A stretch of 42,750 bases of DNA from Asterionella formosa. Taxonomy: Eukaryota. Position numbers and translations under genes: made by a program. The DNA lies in assembly GCA_002256025.1 (NCBI GenBank), contig NKIB01014529.1, positions 1 through 42,750 on the forward strand, in the 5' to 3' direction. The notes beneath the pieces were generated by a model. That model was not told the origin of the DNA. It ran no database searches and was given only the letters and a program-made list of their open reading frames with translations. Shown here piece after piece: positions 11,504 through 22,358 of the stretch; within the stretch, counting starts at the first letter, position 1, and the number at the start of each line of letters is the position of its first letter.

Positions 11504-13514
11504 TTAATTTGATTTGAAGCTTGGAAGCCAGCTGAATATTTTCAGTCGCCGGTCCTGTAGTAGTGCTTCTTGTAGCGCATCTTCCAAGGCTTCTTGTGGG
11601 ATCAGGTTCTTTAAAACTTGTTTCATAAAGGATGCATTGAAGCCTGCAAGACTCCCGTACACGGCATCCTTCCAATACTTTCTCAAAAAATTCTTTCTCG
11701 TGTCAGGATTCATTCCACGTCGGATCAACATGTAACTTGTTCCCCAACACACAGCAGTGACAAACGATTCATACACAACGGTCCACAACGCATTGGATGA
11801 CTTGAATCCGAATAGAAAGAATTGTTTGGTTGCTGCCGATCGGCTCAGCCATAACACAAATGATGCAATTAGCCCGTAAAAGTCGCCCCGGTGAACGCAC
11901 TCAAACAAAGCTTCTTGGTCCATAGCACATTGTTGAACGCTTTCCATTTGTGTTTCAACCCAGTTCAACCACGATGGTGCTCGAGCTTGTATCTCAGCAA
12001 AGACAGCCACCATCGTTAAGAAAAGAATAAAGTAGTTGGCCAAAACAAAGACCACCTGACGTTTTTCTGCCGATCTTCGGACGAACTTCTTTTCGTGTAT
12101 CAACAAATCTGCCAATTGGCGCAAGCGGTGCTCAATCATATCTTCAGGACTGTAATCCATAACATCATCTTCATCGTGTCTGGAACCTTGAGATGCCGTC
12201 TCAGCATCCGTGACTTTCTTTGGAGGACTTGCCGTGGTGGTGGCAGTGTCCGTCATGTTCCCTGCTGCATCTTCTGGCCCATTCTCAGGAGGAGGGGGCG
12301 GCGGCGGCGGTGACATTCTTTTGCGATTCGCTTGTTGTGGGGTGAGCAGTTTTTGAGCCAGTAATTTGGCATTAAGATCAGCCAAATCTGTGACAGATGG
12401 GAAGGGGCTGGGTGCAGCCGAAGGCGAGTCCGGTGCGGATACACTATCATAGCGATCAACAACTGTGCGCAATTTTGTTTCCTCCATTTCCTTGGCAGTG
12501 AACCGCAATAAAAATTCTGATCCATCAGGAATAAACGGTGAAAGGACAATTTCTTATGGATTTGTCAACCGAAAAAGTGGTGTTAGATACATCTGGAAAC
12601 CAAGAGTTGGCCGAGCACCTGTACCCTGGGCACATACCTTCCGGTGGATCCACTGTTTCGTCCAATATTCTCAAATCCGTCAGTTTCGCATGTCCCATTT
12701 TGCGAATGACAGAATTGCGCACATGCTCCTGCAATTCCGCAGTGGTGGTCCCTTCAAACCAAGAAACAGTAATTTGTCCTCTAGGAATTCCCTCCGTGAG
12801 TTCCGAGGCCACTTGAAAGTCTGAATTGTTGTTATACAGAAAGGATCGCGAGGACCGTCTTCGAAAGAAGAAGGAGCCTCTCTTATCTTGTGGTCTATCT
12901 TCTTGTAGTTTGAGCAATATCTTCCTTCGTCCGAAATTGGGAGGGGGCGGCGCCAGTATTCCCATTGAGGGGTATCCATACGCTGATCCCATCGAGTGTT
13001 GATGTTGAAAGGTCTGTTGGTGGTGTTGAAGAGTCATATGCAGCATAACGTTGCTTGGAACAGTGGATGGTTGTGGCAGCGTTGTCAGATATGCTAGGTC
13101 GACTTCCGACGTTAACGAATTTGGTGATGTCAATTGCGGAGGTGGAACTTCGTGCGGCCTGACAACTAATGGTGGCGCTTCGAGCAATGGGTCATAGTTT
13201 GCATTAGGTGACATGGCAGGACGAATTGGAGCGGCCTCGTCGTTGGGTGGTAGTGAGTCGTCGTCGGGCAGTAGTGGCTGCTGCGATACATGCGGTTGTC
13301 CATCTTCTGGCGTGAAGGCATCGTTGTTGGATGATACGTCGGTCGTACGAGGGCCGCAATCGCCACCTGGAACACCGGACTCCTCACTTTCGTCCCCCAG
13401 TTCCGACTCGAAGATTGGCGACGCGCCTTGATTGGAATCATCCGTGTCTGTCGGTGAGGCAGGAGTAATCAGGTCGAGAAGTAACTCGCTGAGGTCTCCT
13501 TGCGTCGCCGCCAT
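11504..13514 (-). CDS. Uncharacterised membrane protein with a Pro/acidic disordered N-terminus and C-terminal hydrophobic helices (2 exons: 13514-12638, 12552-11504)
   Basis: Two long ORFs are joined in frame by a phase-1 intron 12637-12553 (GTATGT...ATAAG), giving ...DPPEEIVLSPFIPDGSEFLLRF. Hydrophobic segments: 'VVFVLANYFILFLTMVAVFA', 'FYGLIASFVLWL', 'FVTAVCWGTSYML'. Confidence 0.75.
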
Positions 13515-14207
13515 GGTCGACCAGTTCAAGCACTACCGTAGATTTCGGTATAGTACGTATGTGTTTACATTTATATTTACAAGCGTTCCTTCGTCGTCAC
13601 GTCAAGAATGGTTAGCACCGGTGCTTTTCCGGGTATAATACCAGGTACTACCTGGCACCATCATGCATACCGGTAGGTAATTTTGGGGTGTAAGAAACCC
13701 GGACAATTATCATGACGTCAAGCAAATACCGCCCCATGGTCGACATCGGCAAACTTGCCACACCACGCAACGACACAGTTGCCTGCACATGGTGATTGTT
13801 CTCAGGGTCCAAGTGGGCTCTACAGTGAATTATACTACCGTACCAGTATTATTAATAAAACACAGACTGGCTTTAGTACCGGTAATACATTTCCAGTAAA
13901 TGATCAATTAGCATGGAAGGGTTGATGCAACCAACAACTGATACAATGCAAGCCTCACAATATGTGAGGAATTGAAATTGGCACCACAGCATCTTTAAGC
14001 AAACACAAAAATCTACGATTCTCATTCGAGAGAGTGTTACCACCTTTTCCCTGCTGACTAGCACCCAGAGTCACCACACATGTTGGGATGATACAAGGGG
14101 AGTTTTGATTCTTAAAAATTTCGGCTTAGTTTGCCAGGAAGTGCTACACGGCCTCCTCTACCAAATATAGAGTAGTATTTTTAATAATAACTTTCCTAGT
14201 GATGTGT

Positions 14208-16382
14208 TTAAACAAACGACAAACTAATTACTTCATTTGTCACATACTTGTCAATATAGACACGTTCTGACCCAAAAACATCCACCCCTATCTCAGATTT
14301 GGAATAGTGGGTCATCTCATCCCTGAGTTCATTGGGTGTCTCTGCATCTGCATCAAAGGCATCCTTGTCCATGTGCACCATTCCATTCATGTTTGTTGAA
14401 GCCACAATGATACCACGGTCTACATCAGTGAAACGAAAAGCACCCATGTCATCTTTACTTGCTTGAAGCAGGAGCATGTCTCCAAACGCCCCAGGACCCT
14501 TCAAATTGGAAAGCCAACCTGCTTCAAAGTTTTCCAAGGGGTCTCGCTTGAGCATCTCGTTAATTGTGATGCCAAGCAAACATGGTCCAGTAATGGTGAG
14601 GAGAGGGAGAAAACGCAATTTCCAGATTTCTGATGACCCACCAGAAATGTGACATACAGCACGTTCAATATCATAGTAGTCTGCTCGATTCAATATGTTT
14701 GTTACGCTTTTCTCGACAGCCTTCGCAATAACTGGATGCCCAGGAGCAGACCCTAGCAAACCATTCCATACACAATAACTTCCTGGTCTCGCATAGTCGG
14801 TCACAATATCAACAGGGGCGAAAAATGAGAGGTTGGGAGGTATGACTAGGTCCAGGTTGGTGTCCAGAACAACATCAATGTCCACGTAGATGCCTCCTTC
14901 CTTAAGCAGCACAAGGTACCGAAACAGATCCGCCCTGAACGCACCTTGCATCACAGAATCAAATGCTTCCATCACTCTGGCTGGGAAGTTCTTGATCAAG
15001 TAGTTGCGAACATCATTGTCATCATAGAAACGATATTCCCACCCGGAACTTTTCCATGTATTCTGGAGTCGGGAAAGTTGCAAATAACGATCTGTAGATA
15101 GTTCCTCAGAAAAAGTTTGATGAATAATTTTTGGAATAGCATGGGGGTTTGGTCCTTGCCGTGTCACTTTGAAAGTGATCTTATTCATTGCATCTGTCTC
15201 CTTCTTATTGCATATAATTTTTTCAAAGCAGGAATTACAAAAGGATTTGCAAGTCGCATAGGATCCCCGAAACGAGAGTCGTAGGCACCGATTGCATAGC
15301 CATCCTGCTTTACAACCAGCATTTACAAGTTGATCACTCAATGGCTTTTTGAGAGTCTTCACAGCTTTTCGTGCATCTACTACCTCCGATACAGTCACTG
15401 CAACTCTTCCTGTTTGGGGAATATTTTCTGGGGGCCCAGATTCCTTGTGTACACGAAATTCCTCAGTAGATTTAAAATTTTCAAAAACGGAATTGAAGAA
15501 TGAGGCAATGCCTTGATCCCAGGTAGCCATCATTTGTATTGCCCATGCTAGTTGAGGGTGTCTAGGTGAAGCGGCGAGGAATGTGAGACTGGTTGTGCTC
15601 AAGAATGCAATTCCAAAATCATGACAGGGCAGAGATGGCTTGGTGTTGATTTTGCTAAGTTCCGAGTCGACAATTCGTGTTGCATTTCCAAGAAAGTAAC
15701 CCCCATATTGATACATCGCGCATACAGACCAAATCAGGATCCGTTCGTCTGGGTCCAGGGTCCTTTTATACAACGGAAATATCAAAGGGAAGTATTCCTT
15801 GATCAATGTATGTGATTCTTCTTCACTAAACTGCAATCTGTTTAAATCCATGCGACCGAAAAGTGGTCTGAACCAAGATCCAAAGTTCGGTTGCAATATC
15901 TGATCTGGAATTACAGAGTCTCTCCCCGTACACTCCTTTTCTTTCCATTCTGTAGAGCGATTGAAAGCCATTATATGTTCATTGTTCCTTCTCTCAGACC
16001 TGATTAGAATTTGTTCAACAGTTGACTGGGGTAGATTCCAATCGTTGTCAGTTGGACATGCTGCTGGAAGTTGTAGATGGAGGTCAAAAAGTTTTTTTTT
16101 TCTATGCTTCAAACGAAGCCGTAGTGTTCGCCGCCGTATGCCTTCATCCACCAATCTTCCTAACTTTCCACCTTTGATGCTACCTGGCTTTCCAAACCAA
16201 ACTTCTAGGGCATGAATCACGAGAGGAGTCAAGATAAGCAGGATCACTAGAATCAATAAATATACCTTTTTGCTCCGAAACGGACGTAGTCTCGACTTTG
16301 ACACATGATCCTCTCGTACTCTTTCTGGTTGGCGCTCTGGCGTCCTGCTTCTCGGACGTCGGTGCTTAAGTTTCGATTTCAT
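14208..16382 (-). CDS. Type II membrane glycosyltransferase family 32 (DXD, OCH1/IPC-mannosyltransferase-like)
   Basis: N-terminal TM 'VYLLILVILLILTPLVI'; GT32 motifs 'IPKIIHQT', 'WEYRFYDD', 'GAFRADLFRYLVLLKEGGIYVDIDV', 'GSAPGHPVI', 'TGPCLLG'. Single long ORF. Confidence 0.88.
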   Translation of the reverse strand: MKSKLKHRRPRSRTPERQPERVREDHVSKSRLRPFRSKKVYLLILVILLILTPLVIHALEVWFGKPGSIKGGKLGRLVDEGIRRRTLRLRLKHRKKKLFDLHLQLPAACPTDNDWNLPQSTVEQILIRSERRNNEHIMAFNRSTEWKEKECTGRDSVIPDQILQPNFGSWFRPLFGRMDLNRLQFSEEESHTLIKEYFPLIFPLYKRTLDPDERILIWSVCAMYQYGGYFLGNATRIVDSELSKINTKPSLPCHDFGIAFLSTTSLTFLAASPRHPQLAWAIQMMATWDQGIASFFNSVFENFKSTEEFRVHKESGPPENIPQTGRVAVTVSEVVDARKAVKTLKKPLSDQLVNAGCKAGWLCNRCLRLSFRGSYATCKSFCNSCFEKIICNKKETDAMNKITFKVTRQGPNPHAIPKIIHQTFSEELSTDRYLQLSRLQNTWKSSGWEYRFYDDNDVRNYLIKNFPARVMEAFDSVMQGAFRADLFRYLVLLKEGGIYVDIDVVLDTNLDLVIPPNLSFFAPVDIVTDYARPGSYCVWNGLLGSAPGHPVIAKAVEKSVTNILNRADYYDIERAVCHISGGSSEIWKLRFLPLLTITGPCLLGITINEMLKRDPLENFEAGWLSNLKGPGAFGDMLLLQASKDDMGAFRFTDVDRGIIVASTNMNGMVHMDKDAFDADAETPNELRDEMTHYSKSEIGVDVFGSERVYIDKYVTNEVISLSFV

Positions 16383-16610
16383 GAGAAGACATGTGTGGGC
16401 AGGGTGCACACATCCAAGACTTTATATGACCAATGATCTCGCCTTAACAGAGTCGTACTCTATGTATGTAGGGGGAGTGCTTTTAGCAATTCAAACGGAC
16501 TCGTCTGTATGACCATGCTGCACGAATAAATAGGACACAGAATTTTTCACGTGCTGTCTCATGGGATTACGGGTACCAGGTACCCCTGGTACCTGGTACC
16601 AGGTAAGTGC

Positions 16611-16779
16611 TGTTAATGTCTGCATATGATGCTCCATACATGCGCCGTACGACCTACACCGGCGCAGCCACCAGATTAGGTACATGAGTGAGTGCTAAAA
16701 CAATGATGTACTCGAAGCAGCAATAGAATAGTCATAATATTGTAGTTCACCTTTATTCATGACAAGGTTCCTCTCAACA
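16611..16779 (+). repeat. 5' LTR (169 bp)
   Basis: TGTTAA...TCAACA; roughly 90% identical to 18312-18479 by manual alignment. Confidence 0.92.
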
Positions 16780-18311
16780 GAACTACAATATCTGTTCTCT
16801 CTCCCTTGTCCACACCTGTGATGTTGCGGCTCTTGTCAGCGGTGCAAACCAGCACTGTTTTCAACAATCAACTGTGAAGCACCGCTTGCCTGTTTGCTTT
16901 CCATGTCTCTCGCTCGGGCCTTCTTCCACCATGGCGACTCCACTCGTTTCTGCTGTTTTCCCATTCCCTCATCCGCTCTTAACGCCGATAGAGGGCAAGC
17001 CTACAGCCCTCACTGTAACCCGCCTTCGCAAGGAACTCTTTGCCAATGCTCGCTCTGTCCACTGTACCAGCCAGTGGTGGCTGGCTGGTGGTGCCAATGG
17101 TTTCCTTGGTATTGTCATGGCTGCTGCTCCTTATCTTTTACGTGCTGGTGAACCATTTCTACCACCCAAACATCCCAGCACCCAGCCGCCACACATTGCT
17201 ACTGCAACACAGTCCCTAATCACTGCTGCCAACCGTCTCTTTGACACTCCCTTGATGCATTCTGCCGTTACTCCCAAATCCGTGAAATTCTCCGGCAACA
17301 AATTTTAACAGCCATTGACCCTACTTACTACAACGTTCTGGAAGATGCTACATTTGGATATGCCGAAATCACTGTTATGAACTTGCTGGCTCACTTAGAA
17401 TCTACATATGCAACGTTGAGTGCGGATGATTTAGAACTTAATCGCATGCGCTTCTTGGCTGATGCTTGGACACCAGAGGAACCTATTGAACATTTATGGA
17501 TCTGCATCAAACATCTTCGTGCCATTGCCGATGCTGGTGGGGCGGAGCCTTTATCTGACAGTACTGTCATGCGGTTGACTCTTTCTGCTTTAGAACAGGC
17601 TGGTGTATATTCTCATAGTATTCAAACTTGGCGTGATTGCGCTGAGATGGACCATACATGGGTTAATTTTTGCCCGCATTTCATGCATGCTGATGTTGAA
17701 AGCGATGCCTCCTATCTATCTGAAACGCGTGGTCGCTCCCGCGCTGCCGGCATTCACTTTCTCAGCTGTAAACCCCTGTCTCCGCCTTGCTTCACTACGT
17801 CCATCCCTCCTCTTAATGGTGCTATTTACGTTCACTGTCAAATTCTTAAGGAGGTTGTATCAAGTGCTGCTGAGGCCAAATTAGCTGCCTTGTTCCACAA
17901 TAGCAAAGAGGCATATGCTATTCGCAACATTCTTGCTGAGCTTGGTCATCCCCAACCTTCTACCCATATTGTCACCAATAATAGCACTGCCAGTGGCATT
18001 GCCAATGATACCATCCAACAAAAACACTCCAAGAAAGCTATGGATATGCGTTATTACTGGGTACTTGATTGGTTTCGCCAAGGCCAATTTCCTGTATAAT
18101 GCTGGGAAAAAGGTAGCTAGTTTGAATCATGCCGATTATTTCACTAAATATCATCCTGCTTCCCATCATACTACGTTGATGCGCCCGCACTATCTCCATT
18201 GCCCTCCATCCCTCCCTAGTCCTCCTGACTATTATGCGTGCTTGGCTTCCAATGCTGCTATCATCTCCACCCCGGTTCCTGTTCTTCTGCCTGAATCTGC
18301 TGGTGAGGGTG

Positions 18312-18479
18312 TGCTAAAATCTGCATATGATGCTCCATACATGCGCCGCACAAACCATATTGGCGCAGCCACCAGATTAGGTACATGCGTGAGTGCTAAC
18401 AATGATGGACTCGAAACAGCAATAGAATAGTCATAATATTGTAGTTCACCTTTATTCACAACAAGGTTCCCCTCAAACA
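18312..18479 (+). repeat. 3' LTR (168 bp)
   Basis: TGCTAA...CAAACA, preceded by the PPT and followed by the TSD copy CGTGC. Confidence 0.92.
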
Positions 18480-18576
18480 CGTGCATCCACACCACATGCA
18501 CAATTGTACTGGTACCAGGTACCAGGTAGTAGACTATCAGGCATACAGTGGTTGTTCATTGCAACTTTACTGCATA

Positions 18577-18873
18577 ATTGGTGAGCAATCCAAATGTCAT
18601 CTCTATTGGGAGTTGTGAAAGGAAATAGTTGTATGCATCTTTGTTTGTTGATTCCCTTTGATTTCCAACAAATGGACAGAGCACTTGATCAGTCAATGTG
18701 TACTAAGCAGCATCACCTACTATGTATTATCCTGGATGAAGGTTGGATACAATCTTAAAAAGTTTTTTCTTTCAAATGCCTTGTGATCTGGACATTTTCC
18801 TGGTGCCATGACACCAAAGTATGCATAGGAAACAATAATTGCTGTCACAAACAGCTCGAACATTCAATCCATA
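18577..18873 (-). pseudogene. Decayed PIF/Harbinger (DDE_Tnp_4) transposase fragment
   Basis: Manual minus-strand translation across stops and a frameshift gives 'YGLNVRAVCDSNYCF / YFGVMAPGKCPDHKAFER / NLHPG*YIVGDAA*YTLTDQVLCPFVGNQRESTNKDAYNYFLSQLPIEMTFGLL'. This matches the Harbinger NVQAVCD, PG..D, GDxxY and N..S..R..IE..FG motifs. Confidence 0.85.
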
Positions 18874-19863
18874 TTATGAACTCACGTTTCTTCTTACACC
18901 AGCCACTCAGCAGCTGGCTTGCTGTTCCAGGGGTCCGTTGTTTTAACATCTTTGCCAGACGATGCAAAGGATTACTCAGGACGTTTCTGAACTTCACCAG
19001 CCTTCTTTAGCATATGTTCAAGTTGTATCATAGAAAAATCGGTTGATGACACATTTCCATACCCGACTATGGTTTGACGTTCACGTATCCAGTCACGGAT
19101 TGCATATACCCAAGAAAATTTGCCAGCAGATAATCTTGTGGCAGCATTGAAGCATGATAAAATTGTCTCATCATCAAGTGGGCCTAATCGCATCGTGGTG
19201 TAAATGTCTTCATTTACTAGTCTTGTTGCTTGTTGTGGTGTGAGAAGTAGGACACTGGCTGATAAGTGGTGTGTTCCAGAAGGCTTGCTCATCAGTAATG
19301 ATTTCTGGAGCATCCGGTTGAAGGTTTGCATCGGCCATACTGAGAGACATTTGCTCAGAGAGATTTGATTCGATTCGATTGTCCCGACTTGGGTTATTCG
19401 TAAAGCGTATGTATTCGATTATCATAGGCGTCCCTGTGATGTATTCGATTTGTTTATGGTAATGGTTAAAGAACCAACCAGTATATTCGGTTTGTTTGTT
19501 TTCGATTTATTTGTTTCGATTCATTTACGATGCTGATCAAGTAAAGAGCGATCTAGCAGCTTTATGTTGTTGTTTGGTTAAAGAATCAATCAACTTAATC
19601 GGTTGTTTTCGATTCGTTTGCAAAGCTGGTCAAAGTACCAAGCAGTGTGGTACACAAGCATTGATTCTCGCTTCGATTTCTGTTTGATTTCCTTTCAACC
19701 CCTCTTTCTTGCAGAGCCTGGGTCTGATAAACTTTATGATCTCTAATCAAAGAGCTATTATTGATAGATAGATCAACTTTGGATAGGAGTAAGACAGCGG
19801 GATTCTCATTCAAGCAATATCGGATAAAACTAAAAATTATGAGATGTAATTTTATGATCACTT

Positions 19864-20856
19864 GTGGCCCTGAATTCAGTTTTCCAGTTTTCAAACTCAC
19901 TCAGTTTTCTACCTGTCCTTCAGCTTTACATTACTACACTGCTGTTAAGTGGGCCTTCTATTACCTTTCTGGTACAATTGACCATGGTCTCACCTATTGG
20001 AGTACTGCACCCCACTCCACTCTCCCTCTTGTATCTCCTCCTCCTTTACTTACCCATCCAAATGATCAACATCTTCTTTATGATGTTTCTGCGCGCTGCC
20101 ACTGAGAATTACTCACCATTTGCTGTATTTGGGTATGCTGATTCTGACTGGGCTATGGATATCCATCACCATTGTTCCATATCAGGGATTGTGTGCTGCA
20201 ATTGCCTGGAAATGTCGTGTCCAACCCACAGTCTCCCTCAGTTCAACTGAAGCTGAATTTCTTGCTGCAAGTGATGCTGGAAAAATGGCCCTCTACCTTC
20301 ACTCCATCTTAGATGAACTTCATGTTCCCCAGACATATGCTAACCTACTCTATGAGGACAACCGTGGTGCCCTTTTGATGGCTCATGCTGGCCAACCTAC
20401 TAGACAGTCATGGCACATTGACAATCATCATTATGCCCTAACTGATTGGGTTGAATGTGATCTTGTTGCCCTGGATGATGTTCCCTCCAGGTTCAATGCT
20501 GCTGATGGCTGCCATCATTACAAAGCAAACTGAAGGTATCCTGTTTGCCCGCCATCTTGACACCATCACTGGCCGCCTTGCTCCACCTTATGTCTCCTCT
20601 GTCCCACTTGATTCTTCCGTCAAAACTGCCTTTTGAGCGAGGAGGGGTAGGGGGTGTTAGTGGGACATACAAAGTGCTGTACAACCGTGTCACTTCTGTA
20701 CTACGTGGTACTGTGATGTATGTACAAATAGTGATGCACTTCTGTACTACAGTACCAGGTACGGTATGTACTTGATATGCATCATTCCTATCGTAGAAGA
20801 ATATCCTCAGTTATATTATAATTTTTTGCATTTCATCTTTTGATATTGCATTAACA
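19864..20856 (+). mobile_element. 3' fragment of a second Ty1/copia element (end of RT, RNase H, PPT, 3' LTR), pseudogenised
   Basis: RT tail 'GPEFSFPVFKLTQFSTCPSALHY..AVK..YLSGTIDHGLTYW'; RNase H 'GYADSDWA', 'AIAWKCRVQPTVSLSSTEAEFLAASDAGK', 'LYEDNRGA'; frameshifts; PPT GAGGAGGGGTAGGGGG immediately before TGTTAG. Confidence 0.9.
20655..20856 (+). repeat. Putative 3' LTR (~202 bp) of the second copia element
   Basis: It starts TGTTA right after the PPT and ends TAACA (terminal inverted repeat). No second copy is present in the window, so the 3' boundary is inferred. Confidence 0.7.
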
Positions 20857-20896
20857 GGTACAGGTATCTGAGGGGATACGAGACACCAGCTTTTAC

Positions 20897-20935
20897 GGTA
20901 CCTGGTACCTGGTACCAGGTACCAGGTCCCCTGGT
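20897..20935. repeat. GGTACC/CCWGGTA heptamer array containing a perfect 28-bp palindrome (20900-20927); one example of a motif dispersed through the intergenic DNA
   Basis: ACCTGGTACCTGGTACCAGGTACCAGGT equals its own reverse complement. Confidence 0.9.
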
Positions 20936-21992
20936 TGTCTACGATACCATTTTTATGTAGGAATGTATTTTTACAGCGGCACTGTACATAGATTAGTGGC
21001 CACTTATTCTGTCCATGCTCGGAACATGTTTTTCATTCGGAGTAGAGTTAAGACCTGGTAGCAGGTACCAGGTACCTGATAGTCGGAGTAGCAGGTACCA
21101 GGATACCAATTGGGCTACTAATGAGCAGACAGACAACCAGCACACACTTGCACTTTCTATTTTATTTAGAATGCTTTATTATTAGCCCCTGTCTTCTCCC
21201 GATAGTAACAGTGGAAACCACCGGTACTCGGAGTACACATGGAGCGAAAAATGCAAATTTGCTCACAAATTATGTACACAGGTACCTGGTGCCGGTAACG
21301 CAACAAGCAACCAGAAATCGACTGGCTGGGATGGCTCTCCAGTACGTTCTGTTTTCAACATAGTGTCTATTTGAACACACAAAATACTGTACCTGGGGTA
21401 CCAGGTACCTGGTACTATTACCCTCCACTTGGCGCACCAACCATTAAGCGAGCATGCCCATCGGACCTGACCAACGATATTATGTGGAGTCGACCAAAGT
21501 ACCAGTTAATTATGTAGTACATAGTAACCAGAAAAAAGAGTTCACATGTTTGTTTGGCAGTGCATGTATGCTGTCTACACCTGTGCTTTTGTAAAGAATC
21601 TCTCTACCTTGCACTTCCACCGACCACTCAACAGAAATAATAGTTTCGTTTGCTATCTCTAACTAATAACATGACACCTTCCAGTCTTGACATGACTGAA
21701 TCATCGTGGAGTTCTCGAGAGATCGTACTATGGACAGTTGACGAAGCACTGATCGACTAACTATTATATTTTCCGACGATTCGAGGATCTCTGACGGTGC
21801 GCACCTGGAAATGTTGGCGATACGAAGGTGTTCATTAGAAGTCACATAATATATATGTGTTTGCGCTGCAGATAGACTCCGAGTACGAACGCAAAGAATC
21901 AGGTGATTGACGTTGTGCAAACTACCTGTCGTTTCTTCAAACACGAACGCACCTGTCCATTTTCGATTCCAGTCGAGGGCATCAGAGAGAAG

Positions 21993-22358
21993 ATGGATTC
22001 ATCCAAGGAAGTAAGTTTGTGCTTGTCATGTTAGCTCATATCGAAGAACTGCTGCCTCTCAGCCACTCAAAAATATCTCAACCTTTTTGTGTTCCTATTG
22101 CAGATCAACATTAATTGGTGGTCACCTCTTGTGTCGACCACCACATCTAAGAACCCTCGTTCCCCTTTCCCAAGTCTAAGAAAACGACAAATGACACTCA
22201 ATTCATGTGAGACATTGGTGGAGATTCAATCTAGAATTGAACAACAATGGAAAATACCCGTCGATGATCAGCAACTCACTTATGAAGGAGACCCATGCAG
22301 CGCAACCGTCATTCATGTATATCGTAAATCTGAGTTTCCAGATGAACTTACCAACTGA
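21993..22358 (+). CDS. Small divergent ubiquitin-like protein (90 aa; exons 21993-22010, 22104-22358), possibly part of a decayed longer gene
   Basis: ATG + 6 codons, canonical phase-0 intron 22011-22103 (GTAAGT...TTGCAG), then 'ETLVEIQSRIEQQWKIPVDDQQLTYEG', which resembles the ubiquitin helix and the IPxxQQxLxYxG motif. Confidence 0.5.

Larger units (their letters stand above)
16611..18479 (+). mobile_element. Internally deleted Ty1/copia (CoDi-like) LTR retrotransposon, ~1.87 kb, non-autonomous
   Basis: Two TG...CA LTRs (16611-16779, 18312-18479); purine-rich PPT (GGTGAGGGTG) before the 3' LTR; 5-bp flanks AGTGC/CGTGC (TSD with 1 mismatch). Frameshifted gag-like sequence ('FPHPLLTPIEGKPT..LRKELFANARSV..GGANGFLGIVM') is joined to a copia RNase H ('SDASYLSE..SRAAG..VVSSAAEAKLAALF..NNSTASGIAN..KAMDMRYYW'). 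Confidence 0.93.

Noticed and set aside
16572..16605. GGTACC arrays as CRISPR or telomeric repeats
   Set aside because: There is no repeat-spacer periodicity and no cas genes, the context is eukaryotic, and units flip orientation, unlike telomere tracts.
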